Of a stretch of 64,000 nucleotides of DNA, positions 50,923-62,149 are shown piece after piece. Made by a program: the position numbers and the translations under genes. Under the pieces are notes generated by a model, which worked only from the letters and a program-made list of their open reading frames with translations, had not been told where the DNA came from and did no database searches. Origin of the DNA: Zootoca vivipara. Taxonomy: Eukaryota. The stretch is taken from assembly GCF_963506605.1 (NCBI RefSeq), contig NC_083287.1, positions 57,846,001 to 57,910,000 on the forward strand, read 5' to 3'. The stretch's first letter is position 1; every line of letters starts with the position of its first letter.

Positions 50923-51541
50923 TTGTTGTTGTTGTTGTTTAGTCGTTTAGTCGTGTCCGACTCTTCGTGACCCCATGGACCATAGCACGCCAGGCACTCC
51001 TGTCTTCCACTGCCTCCCGTAGTTTGGTCAAACTCATGTTCGTAGCTTCGAGAACACTGTCCAACCATCTTGTCCTCTGTCGTCCCCTTCTCCTAGTGCC
51101 CTCAATCTTTCCCAACATCAGGGTCTTTTCCAAGGATTCTTCTCTTCTCATGAGGTGGCCAAAGTATTGGAGCCTCAGCTTCACGATCTGTCCTTCCAGG
51201 GAGCACTCAGGGCTGATTTCCTTAAGAATGGATAGGTTTGATCTTCTAGCAGTCCATGGGACTCTCAAGAGTCTCCTCCAGCACCATAATTCAAAAGCAT
51301 CAATTCTTCGGCGATCAGCCTTCTTTATGGTCCAGCTCTCACTTCCATACATCACTACTGGGAAAACCATAGCTTTAACTATACGGACCTTTGTCGGCAA
51401 GGTGATGTCTCTGCTTTTTAAGATGCTGTCTAGGTTTGTCATTGCTTTTCTCCCAAGAAGCAGGCGTCTTTTAATTTCGTGACTGCTGTCACCATCTGCA
51501 GTGATCAAGGAGCCCAAGAAAGTAAAATCTCTCACTGCCTC
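50923..51541 (-). mobile_element. Bov-B 3' fragment
   Basis: Nearly identical to 2820-3432, with a (CAA)n tail. The left flank is L1 ORF2 sequence (GRIATIKMNVLPR.LFLFQ on minus). Confidence 0.95.
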
Positions 51542-54500
51542 CTGCTTGCCTTATCTTCCCTTTATTTACCTTCTCTCTGTTACCACCATCCTGTCAATCT
51601 GCGGAGTAAAAACTTACAAAATGATACAGATCTTTTCTGTGCGTGAAAAGAGCCTGCCAGAGAGTTTGTGACCTTCTGAGAAGCAGCTGGCTTCCTCTGC
51701 TTCTGTTATCTCTTCTGCAAGGTCATGCTGACTGCAATATTCAGGCCAGGAAGAGCCTGGGTTTCTCTTCCCACTTTCTCTTTCTATCGCTTTGTTCTGT
51801 TCTGTATATAGTGTTAAGGGTTTATGCTTGTTATAAGTTCTTGTAAGTTCTTAGTTTAAGCTAAGTCTGCTGCAACTGGATTTTTATGGACTTTCCCAAT
51901 CCTGAATGTGTTGGATTTGTGACCATTCTGCTTAATCCTATTCCATATTTCCAAATTCCTTTTAATTTCATGCCAAGTTTTTTCATAATTATCTCTAAAA
52001 ATGTTTATATTTTTTGTTGTTATCCATACTCCTAGATACTTTACTTTTTTGTATGCTTCTATCCCTACCATCTCTAGGTTCTTGCATTTAGTCAAGGTAC
52101 AATGCAACTTGCACAGGTACAAACTGACATCCTCTTTCTAACTAAATGCAAGAACCTGGACATTGTGCCTAAGGGTCTTAGAATTAAGAACCCTCTTCAA
52201 TCAACTTATCCCACAGAATATGCTAGAAAACTATGCCACACTTTATCTAAGAAGCTGCTCAAACATCTTATCGGCATTCTGTATTCCAAACAGAAGTTAA
52301 TAAAGGAGGAACTCTCTGCACTGGACAACTCCATCAGGAATCACCCAGCCTGGCAGGAGTTCCACAAGGAAAAACAAACCATTTACCACTCTCAACTGGA
52401 GTTACTGAAGAACCAGAAAAATAAAAAACTCTGCAACCTTTCCAACCTACAGGCCACCAATCAAAACAAGATCAACAACATTGTCAATCTTTCACAGCAA
52501 ACACTCAGCCCAGCTGAGGAATCCGTCCTGTCACGGGGACTATCATTCTGCCCTGCCAAATCACCACACATGATTCAGTTCTGCAGGGACCTGGAAGCAT
52601 TTTTCCGCCGTTTACGCCTGAAGGAGTATTTTCATCACACACAAGAACAAGACAAAGTAGAACAAACTACATCCCCACAACACAACACCTCTCAACTTAC
52701 TGGGGAACAACCATCACCCTCCAAACGCATTAATGAACAGAACATTGACCACCAACCACCACCGAAAAGATGTTACACAAAAAGGGACTCCACGTGGCCC
52801 CCTCCTGATGGACGCAATACCACACTACATCGAATGCTTCCGCCAGAGAATCCAAACGGATGTGACCAGAAAACACCATCGCTTTCAACAAAATCTAAAC
52901 CATGCTGAAAGGAGAGCCATAGAAAATCTCAGGAACAACCCAGAAATTATAATTAAAGAGGCGGACAAGGGTGGAGCTGTCGTCATCATGAACAAAACTG
53001 ACTACATCCAAGAGGCCCACAGACAACTTTCCAATACCGCCTTTTACATGAAATTGGACTCAGACCCCACACAAGCATACAAAAAAGAACTGAACAAGAT
53101 TGTTAAGGAGCTACCCCTACACATCCAAGAACAGATCCTCACAAACACACCAGCGGAACCTCGGCCAGGAACTTTCTATCTTCTACCCAAAATACACAAA
53201 CCAGGAAATCCAGGACGCCCCATCATCTCAGGTATTGGCACCATTACAGTGGGTGTTTCCGGCTATATGGACTCTGTTCTGAAACCATATGCTATCAGTG
53301 CTCCCAGCTACGTACGTGACACCACAGATTTTCTGAGGAAAATACAATCTTTGAACAATCTTCCTAACAATACTATACTAGCCACTATGGATGTGGAATC
53401 TCTATATACCAACATCCCACACAATGATGGTTTACAAGCCATAAGGAACACCATTTCAGATAAAACCACAGCGGACTTTGCTACCAAACTCTGCCACTTT
53501 GTCCTTACCCACAACCACTTCAAATATGGTGATGACCTGTTCCTCCAGATCAGCGGCACAGCCATGGGCACCCGCATGGCCCCACAGTATGCCAACATCT
53601 TCATGGCAGATTTAGAACGTTTCCTAAACTCCTACCCACTCAAACCTCTCTTGTACCTGCGATACATTGACGATATTTTTTATTATCTGGACACATGGAC
53701 AACAGACCCTGGAAACCTTCCACCAGACATTCAATGACTTTCACCCCACCATCAACCTAACAATGAACCAATCCATGCAAGAAATACATTTTTTGGACAC
53801 TACTATAAAAATACAGGATGGACGTATAGACACCACCTTATACCGAAAACCAACTGACCGACAAACATATCTACATGCTTCTAGCTACCATCCCAAACAT
53901 ACCAAACAATCGATCGTATACAGCCAGGCCCTACGTTACAACCGCATCTGTTCCAACTCTACAGACAGAGAATCTCACCTAAGAGATCTACAGCAAACCT
54001 TTTTAGAACTAAAATATCCACCTGATGAAGTTAAACAACAGATCAACAGAGCCAGACTGATACCTAGAGAGAACCTGCTGCAAGACAGACCCAAAAAAGA
54101 AAATAACAGAACACCACTAGTCATCACATACAGCTCCCAAGTTAAAACAGTACAACGCATCATCAGAGATCTACAGCCTCTCCTGGACAATGACAGCTCC
54201 CTTTCTCAAGCTCTGGGAGGAAGACCTTTCATTGCCTACAGGCAGCCACCCAATCTTAAACAACTCCTCACCCACAATAATACAACCACCAGACTTAACA
54301 TGGACACTGGTACCAGAGCCTGCAATAAACCCAGATGCCAACTTTGCTGCCACATACACCCGGACAACACCATTACTGGCCCCAACAACATCCAACATAC
54401 CATCTCAGGACTATTTAATTGCTCATCTTCTAACATTGTGTATGCCATCAAATGCCAACAGTGCCCTTCAGCTCTCTATATTGGACAAACAGGCCAAACC

Positions 54501-54720
54501 CTACGCCAAAGGATAAATGGACATAAATCTGACATCAGGAACCAGAAGACAGAAAAACCAGTAGGAGAACACTTCAATCTCCCAGGACATTCTATACAAG
54601 ATCTCAAAGTAGCTGTCTTACTACAAAAGAATTTCAGAAATAGACTGGAAAGAGAAGTTGCTGAATTACAACTTATCACCAAGCTCAAAACCATGGAGGG
54701 ACCTGGTTTGAACAGAGACA

Positions 54721-55206
54721 CCGTGTTTCCCCTTTTTTAAGACGTAGTCATTATATAAGCCATAGCAGGATTTCTAAGCAATTGCGCGATACAAGCCATA
54801 CCCCGAAAATAAGACATACTGATAGACCCTTCACCCACTAGCAATAACCCCCCTCCTGCCAGCCAACTCCCCCCTTAAAAATCTCTCCCCATTTTGCTGT
54901 CGCTCCACAGACACGTATTTCCTTTAAAAGCTTGTAAAAATGCACCGAACAGCCGTAGCTGCTGGCTGCCGAAGCCTTGTGATTTCTCTTCCCCGTTTCT
55001 GAGAGCATTTTTTTAAATAAAAAGATCCAAAAATAATTTTTTTAGCCAAGCTGTGTAAGCTCTACTTGGTGAAGGGGAGAAAAGTGGGGTGGGGAGGAGA
55101 TGAAGGCACGAGGAAGAAAAGAGGGGCGATTGAAGAATGCAAAGGCTGTTTTCCCTTTTAGGGAGAGACCTCCGTGCGCGCGTCTGTCTCTCTCCCCCCC
55201 CCCTGC

Positions 55207-55295
<89 letters not shown>

Positions 55296-56155
55296 CCCAC
55301 CTCTCGCTTCCCCCCACCTTTCCCTAAATTCCCTTCCATTCAATGCACGTTGATTTCCTCTTAACGGGAATCTCCCGTGTCTGATTGTTGTCTCATTGCT
55401 TTTACCGGGCATAAAGCAGCCTTTTAAAAATCCTGCTGCAGTTTTCTTTCTACCTTATGCTGCTTGGTTGTCTGTGGAGCTGCCCCTTTAAGGATTTGTA
55501 AGTAGTCTGGATCGCAGTCCTTGCCTTGGGGACTTTTATTTATTTATTAAGGACTTTTTCCTTCGCTGTTTGCGAGCTGCTAAAAGGAGCTGCTAAACGC
55601 TGCTTTACACAAAAGTTAAACTGCCGGTCCTAACAACACGTGCTTCCTCACCTCGCTGGCTCAATTGCTTCTCAATTGCTACCATTTACCAAGTCAGCAA
55701 TCTTAATTGCTGCTTAGCTGGCTTCTTTGTTCTCAGCAGGTAGCTTCTTTGCTATCAGTGATAGCACTGCAAAGTGCTATGTTGTTGGAACTTCAGACAG
55801 TCTTGCAGTCTTGGGCAGCTGGCTGGTAGAGATCCTTACTTGCTTTAGGTATAGGCTACTGCTAGGACTGTATCACACAGATAGATTCCATTATACTGGT
55901 TTAGATTTAAGAAGCTCCAGTGTAGCAGATTGCTATTAAGTGAGTCCCCACCTTGGAGGAGAGAGAGAGCAGCCCTTCGCGAACATCCCAGGGCCGGGGA
56001 GAGAGGGCTGCACCAGGGACGCACACACCTCCCTTCCCTCAGACTCGTAATAAAAATACCGGTACCAGTAAGACATCCCACCAAAAATAAGCCACCCTGT
56101 GGTTTTTTGAGAAAAAAAAGTAATAAGACGGTGTCTTAAAAAGGGGGAAACACGG
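54721..56155. mobile_element. Non-autonomous Tc1/mariner-pogo-type DNA transposon
   Basis: TIRs CCGTGTTTCCCCTTTTTTAAGAC ... GTCTTAAAAAGGGGGAAACACGG, subterminal AAAATAAG(A/C)CA repeats, internal (CT)n(CA)n at 55210-55293. Flanked by CA on both sides. Confidence 0.85.
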
Positions 56156-56371
56156 CATTTTGATTCTTATCTCATTATACATGATAAAGCGATCTTCAGC
56201 CATCTCCACCCTTGCTTTTTCATGCAAAACCATTTGCAGTCGCTTTCGGTCATCAACAGCTATCAGTCAGTCAATCACCCATTTCCACCACCCTTCTGAG
56301 TGATACCCCTCCCCTCCCCACCCCCTCCCCACCCCTTCTCTACATAAGTGCCTGGGGACTCCTATTTCAGT

Positions 56372-56409
56372 GTATCTGAAGAAGTGTGCATGCACACGAA
56401 AGCTCATAC
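56372..56409 (+). ncRNA. Minimal type-I hammerhead ribozyme in PLE tail
   Basis: GTAT-CTGAAGA-A-GTGTGC(AT)GCACAC-GAAA-GC-TC^ATAC: helix I GTAT/ATAC, catalytic core CUGANGA/GAAA/UH, palindromic AGCT in place of helix III. Confidence 0.85.
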
Positions 56410-56678
56410 CAAAATAAAAACTTAGTTGGTCTTTAAGGTGCTACTGAAGGATTTTTTTTATAATTTTTGAATCCTCTATGGGCTTTTATCTTATCATACC
56501 ATAGATATGCATGCCATCCAAATACATTATCAAAACCTTCTAAATCCAGTAGATCCGTGTCTTCCAACATAAACCATTCTTTAAGCCAGAAAAATGTCTC
56601 AGCATCATCATAATTTTTTTTAATCTGGCAGGGAGAACCCACCTCTTTCCTTTGTATCAGTCAACAATTTATACTTAA

Positions 56679-59600
56679 CTAGCTGACCCGGCCACGCGTT
56701 GCTGTGGTTCTTTTCTATGGTCCCCCCTCCCCACCCTGTCCTGATCCATGACATATCCTGCCCCTCCTCCATCCACCCCGGCTCATCCCTGTGTTTCGGT
56801 AGGATACCCTTTCCTCTGTTGTCCCTGGGGAGTGATGGCCCCTCCCCCATGTATCTCCATACCTTGGCCCCCACCCTCGAAAAGGAACTGTTAGGTTCTG
56901 GGTTCTATTTCCCAGCATGCACTTTTGTCTGAACCTTCTGTTGTTCCTGGGGAGTGTTGGCCCCTACCCCTGGTATCTTCCTACATTGGCCCCCATCCTT
57001 GGAGAAGGAGCTGTCAGTTTGTGGGTTCCATTTCCCAGTATTTACTTTTGACTGAGCCCTCTGTTGTCCCCTTCCCCACTGAATCTCCATGCATTGGTCC
57101 CTGCGCACGCATCATGAACATTTCTATATATTTAGATTAAGGATCGGGGGTGATGATGTGTCCTGGGACCCAGAGAACTACTTAAAGAATCCCAACCCGG
57201 GGAGGGGGGGCAAATAGCGAAGCCCCACAGCCCTGTAGCAGCAGACAGGCCCAGACAGAAGGAGGGGGGTCATATGGGGCACTTGGCGCGGGCCTCCGAA
57301 TCTAAAGGGGGCCTCGGTCAGCATATTCACAATCATTACAATGAAAAAAGTAACAAAAGGGTTAAAAACAGGGCCACATTATCTACCTGGCCCGGGCCCT
57401 GTAAGGGCCTGGCAACAGAAGGCGCGTTCTAAAATGTCAACAGAAGGCGCGTTTTTTAAAAATAAAATAAAAAAGACACAGAGGCTTACAATCAGTTGTT
57501 TCTCCTAAAATAAGACATACCCATAAAATAAGACATATTTATTTTTGTCTTGTGGATTTTTTGGGGGTAGTGGGGCAAAATGGTAAAGTAAAAACCCCTT
57601 GCAGTGTAGGGGCCTACATAAATCAAAGGCCTTGCTGCGGCCTGTGGCAACCCCCCCCCCCAGCAGGCCCCGACCTCCACTTGGCAATGTTGGTTTGGGG
57701 CTGGTTGGGGGGTAGTGGGGCAAAATGGTAAAGTAAAAACCCCTTGCAGTGTAGGGGCCTACATAAATCAAAGGCCTTGCTGCGGCCTGTGGCAACCCCC
57801 CCCCAGCAGGCCCCGACCTCCACTTGGCAATGTTGGTTTTTTGGGGTTTTTTGGGGGGGGGTAGTGGGGCAAAATGGTTAAGTAAAAACCCCTTGCAGTG
57901 TAGGGGCCTACATAAATCAAAGGCCTTGCTGCGGCCTGTGGCAACCCCCCCCCCAGCAGGCCCCGACCTCCACTTGGCAATGTTGGTTTGGGGGGGGGGT
58001 TGGGGGGTAGTGGGGCAAAATGGTTAAGTAAAAACCCCTTGCAGTGTAGGGGCCTACATAAATCAAAGGCCTTGCTGCGGCCTGTGGCAACCCCCCCCCT
58101 GTGGCAACCCCCCCCCGGCAGGCCCCGACCTCCACTTGGCAATGTTGGTTTTTTGGGGTTTTTTTGGGGGGGTAGTGGGGCAAAATGGTTAAGTAAAAAC
58201 CCCTTGCAGTGTAGGGGCCTACATAAATCAAAGGCCTTGCTGCGGCCTGTGGCAACCCCCCCCCCCAAGCAGGCCCCGACCTCCACTTGGCAATGTTGGC
58301 TTTTGGGGGGGGGTTGGGGGTAGTGGGGCAAAATGGTAAAGTAAAAACCCCTTGCAGTGTAGGGGCCTACATAAATCAAAGGCCTTGCTGCGGCCTGTGG
58401 CAACCCCCCCCCCCCGGCAGGCCCCGACCTCCACTTGGCAATGTTGGTTTTTTGGGGGGGGTAGTGGGGCAAAATGGTTAAGTAAAAACCCCTTGCAGTG
58501 TAGGGCCCTACATAAATCAAAGGCCTTGCTGCGGCCTGTGGCAACACCCCCCCCCGGCAGGCCCTGACCTCCACTTGGCAATGTGGGGGGGGTGTTTAGT
58601 GATGGTAAGAAGGTGTGATTGTGATTGGGAATGGATCGGAGGATGGTGAGAGGGAATGGTTTTAAGAATGTTGGTGGTGAGGGTCGGTGGTTGTTGGTTA
58701 TAAGGCAACCAAGATGGCGGAAAGTGTATATGTGGGCATAGGGGTATTTTGAGAGGGAATGGAGCAGAGGGAGGTGGTGATTTTTGTAGGAAGGTGGTTA
58801 GGAGGGGAGGAAATTTTTGGAAAGTGTATGTGTGGGTTTTGGGGTATTTGAGAGAGGGAAGGGGTCGTAGGACGCTGCTGGAAAGGAGGGAATAGTATAT
58901 GAGGGCCTGTGCGGGCGTGTGTTTGTGAGTCAGAAAGTCTCGGAGGACGGTGAGAGTGAACGGATCGAAGAAATGTGGTTGGGAGGGTAGGAAGATGGAT
59001 GGGAGTGTTTCTGATGGGGTTTGGGTGGGTGATTGTGAGAGGGAAAGGATTGGAGAAGGGTGAGAAGGGACGGAGAGGAGGACGCTGATGGAGAGTATTG
59101 TAGGACGTTGGTTAAGAGTGCAGGAAGATGGCGGAAAGCGTCTGAGAGGGTTTGTGGGGGGGTTGTTTTTGTGAGAGGGAAAGGATCGGAGAAGGGTGAG
59201 AGGGAATGGATTGGAGGTCGTTGCTTAGGAGGTTATTTACAGGTTTGAAAGTGTTTTAGGGCTTGGAGGTTTGTGAGTGGGAACAGATCGGAGGACGCTG
59301 CTGAAGAAATTTGGCGGGTTTTGAAAATGGCGGAAAGCGTCTGAAACGTCCTGAGGAGAGTGTGATTTTGAGAGGGAAAGGTTCGGAAGAGGGTGTTGCA
59401 GATTTTCGGAGGATGTAGGTTAGGAGGGGTGGAAGATGGACGGAATAGTATTTGAGGGGCTGTGGGGGTGTGTGTTTCTGAGAGGGAAAGGATTGGAGGA
59501 CAGTGATAGTGAACGGATCGGAGGACGCTGCTGGAGAATTTTGGAAGGTGTTGTTAATGAGGGTTGCAAAATGGCGGAAAGCGTCTCTAACGGCTTGTGG

Positions 59601-60431
59601 GGTTTATGATTTTGATAGGGAAAGGGTCGGAGGACGGTGTTGCAGAGGTTCGGATGACGTTGTTTAGGAGGGGAGGAAGACGGAGGAAAAATGATCTGAG
59701 GGCCTGTGAGAGTGATCGGATCGGAGGATGATGGAGAGCACTGTAGGAGGATGTTTCGGAGGGCAGCAAGCTGTAGGAAGCAGTTTGTGAGGGCTTGTGG
59801 GGAGGTGTATTTGTGAGTGGGAAAGGATTGGAGGATGCTGAGAGGGAAAGGGTCGCAGGACGTGCTGGAGAGGTTTTTTGGACGGTGGTTAGGAAGGGAG
59901 CAAGGTTGCTGAAAGAGTATCTGAGTGTCTGTGGGAGGATGTGAATTTGAGTGGGAATGGATCAGAGGTTGGAAGATTGAGGGACTGTGAGAGGGAAAGG
60001 TATACTTTTAGGTTGTTAGGATGTCCAGACGCTGGTGTTGGGTATATCCGAGGAGGTCCTGGATACCTCTGACAGATGGATATCCAGTGGCAGCCTGTCA
60101 GGGGCCTAAAACAAAGTCCTAGATAAAATGGCTGGCTTGGTGTGTTTCAGTTGCTTGGTTGATGATGATGTCATTCGGTTTGTGGGTGTGGCTTAATTTC
60201 TCAGGAAGGGAGGGGGTGGAGGAGGGTACTACGCCACTGGAGGGCGCTGTTTGAGTTGGTGGAAAAGCATTTCTGTACCTGCGCAGGTGTGATTTGAGGG
60301 ATTTTTGCCCCCAACAACGCTCTAGGAGTGGCCTGGATCGTTGTGTCCAAATTTCAGGACGATCGGTCAAGCGGTTATGGGGAAAAGTGGAACCCCGGAT
60401 TTCACGATTTTTACATTTTTATATATATAGA
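56679..60431 (-). mobile_element. Non-autonomous Helitron, 3.75 kb composite
   Basis: Minus-strand 5' TCTATATATAT (60431) and 3' hairpin CCAC-AGCAACGC-GTGG then CAGCTAG (56679). Inserted between A and T with no TSD. Internal second 5' end at 57136. Confidence 0.9.
57563..58582. repeat. Tandem array, 7 units of about 141-164 bp, inside the Helitron
   Basis: Unit GGGGTAGTGGGGCAAAATGG...GCAGTGTAGGGGCCTACATAAATCAAAGGCCTTGCTGCGGCCTGTGGCAAC(C)nGCAGGCCCCGACCTCCACTTGGCAATG starting near 57563, 57708, 57858, 58003, 58167, 58316, 58457. Confidence 0.95.
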
Positions 60432-60939
60432 TTCTTGGTTTCTTCCCCTACCACAGACATTTGGCCCATCAGAGACAATTGCAAATCAGACCATATATAA
60501 ATCTCTTGTAACGTCTTTCCACAACTTTTCAAAATTGTCTTTATACAAATTCAAACTTTCTGCTGTCAAATTCACACCCAAATATTTCACTTTTTAAAAA
60601 GAAAACTCAGGCCAGTAGTTTCTTCCAATCTAATTATTTCTTCATTCAAAAGATTTTTACCTACTACTTTGGTTTGATAAATGAGTGAGCAAGTTAAATG
60701 AATTTGGATATACAGAAGATATTTTTGGGAAAAAATAATTTAAGGAACCGCAGAAAGAGGGGAAAGAAATTTGGAAATGTCAAATTGTTTGTAAAACTAA
60801 TGAAATGTATAAATTTGAAAAATAGAAAAAGGAAACTAAAAAAGAAAAAAAATGAGTGCCATGCGAGGTGCCGGAACATCACCAGTGTTGGCTTAAGAGT
60901 CAACTCCCCATCTAGTCAGGTTTGATGCAGATAATGGGA

Positions 60940-61545
60940 ATTGCAATTCTGGGCTGCATCAGTAGGAGTCTAGCATCTAGATCAAGGGAAGTAATAGTAC
61001 CACTGTATTCTGCTCTGGTCAGACCTCACCTGGAGTACTGTGTCCAGTTCTGGGCACCACAGTTCAAGAAGGATACTGACAAGTTGGAACGTGTCCAGAA
61101 GAGGGCAACCAAAATGGTCAAAGGCCTGGAAACGATGCCTTATGAGGAACGGCTTAGGGAGCTGGGTATGTTTAGCCTGGAGAAGAGAAGGTTAAGGGGG
61201 TGATATGATAGCCATGTTCAAATATATAAAAGGATGTCATATAGCGGAGGGAGAAAGTTTGTTTTCTGCTGCTCCAGAGAAGCGGACACGGAGCAATGGA
61301 TTCAAACTAAAAGAAAGAAGATTCCACCTAAACATTAGGAAAAACTTCCTGACAGTAAGAGCTGTTTGGCAGTGGAATTTGCTACCAAGGAGTGTGGTGG
61401 AGTCTCCTTCTTTGGAGGTCTTTAAGCAGAGGCTTGACAGCCATCAGTCAGGAATGCTTTGATGGTGTTTCCTGCTTGGCAGGGGGTTGGACTGGATGGC
61501 CCTTGTGGTCTCTTCCAACTCTAGGATTCTATGATTCCGTGATTC
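60940..61545 (+). mobile_element. CR1 LINE 3' end
   Basis: AILGCISR...[33 protein letters not shown]...LEKRRLRG and a TTCCAACTCT..GATTCTATGATTC tail. Confidence 0.93.
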
Positions 61546-62149
61546 TCCTTTTCCTCAGGCAGCAAAATGTCTTGGGCCGCTCCTACCTCTGAGGATGGGA
61601 GATGGGGGCTGCACCTGAGGGCAGCAGGATGAGGAAGGGGTGCACTGGCCCAAGGGAGCACAGAGCCATGGACCGTCTCCCAGGCAAAGGAATGAACCTC
61701 AGAAGCAGAGGACCACGACCTTCAGCCGGTGGCTTTCCCAAGGGGCACCTTTCGCCAGCAGGTCATTTGAAGCTGGACAAAGATGGACGACCTTGGGGCT
61801 TGGACCCAGTGGCCTTTCCTTTCCTATGGTTCAGCCCCCACTGCCCCCCAGCCCACCCCCCATTCTCTCTGCAGACTGACATCTTCATCACCTTTTAAAA
61901 AGGGGGGAGAGGGAGAGGCGTCAGCATGACTTAGCTTATTGGGTTCATGAAAAGCTCCAAAGCCATTTCCAAGAGTCAAATACAATCCTAAAAATGCCTA
62001 AGTATAATAAGAATCTCCATAAGGAGATCGAGGGTCCCACGTGAGCGATGCCATGTGACATCATGACATCATGCACGCGACGTTGATCAACACGAGAAGA
62101 GAGGGGCACCCAGGGGACAGCTGGGGGAGCCTGCCTTTTTTTAAAAAAC

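Larger units (their letters stand above)
52076..56460 (+). mobile_element. Near full-length Penelope-like retroelement (Cys-rich RT-EN linker, Neptune-like), interrupted by a DNA transposon
   Basis: Three overlapping ORFs 52102-54740 (two frameshifts): N-terminal VPKGL / NLS...LS..E..VL.RGLSF, RT ADKGGAVV, LPKIHK..PGRPII, DVESLYTNI, GTAMG, RYIDD, and a GIY-YIG endonuclease. 3' tail with hammerhead motif. Short 5' inversion (52076-52092 is the reverse complement of 52141-52157). Confidence 0.95.
56461..60670 (-). mobile_element. L1 ORF2 fragment split by a Helitron (L1 parts 56461-56678 and 60432-60670)
   Basis: KVKYLGVNL...GKKPR|IKYKLLTDTKERGGFSLPD...LEGFDNVFGWHAYLW is continuous across the insertion point. 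Confidence 0.85.

Noticed and set aside
52060-56480. TSD for the long Penelope element
   Set aside because: No matching direct repeat was found, and the flanking L1 pieces are not collinear.
57492-58581. Repetitive ORFs, or a CRISPR-like array, in the tandem repeat
   Set aside because: There are no unique spacers and no cas genes, and the context is vertebrate. The ORFs are translations of the repeat.
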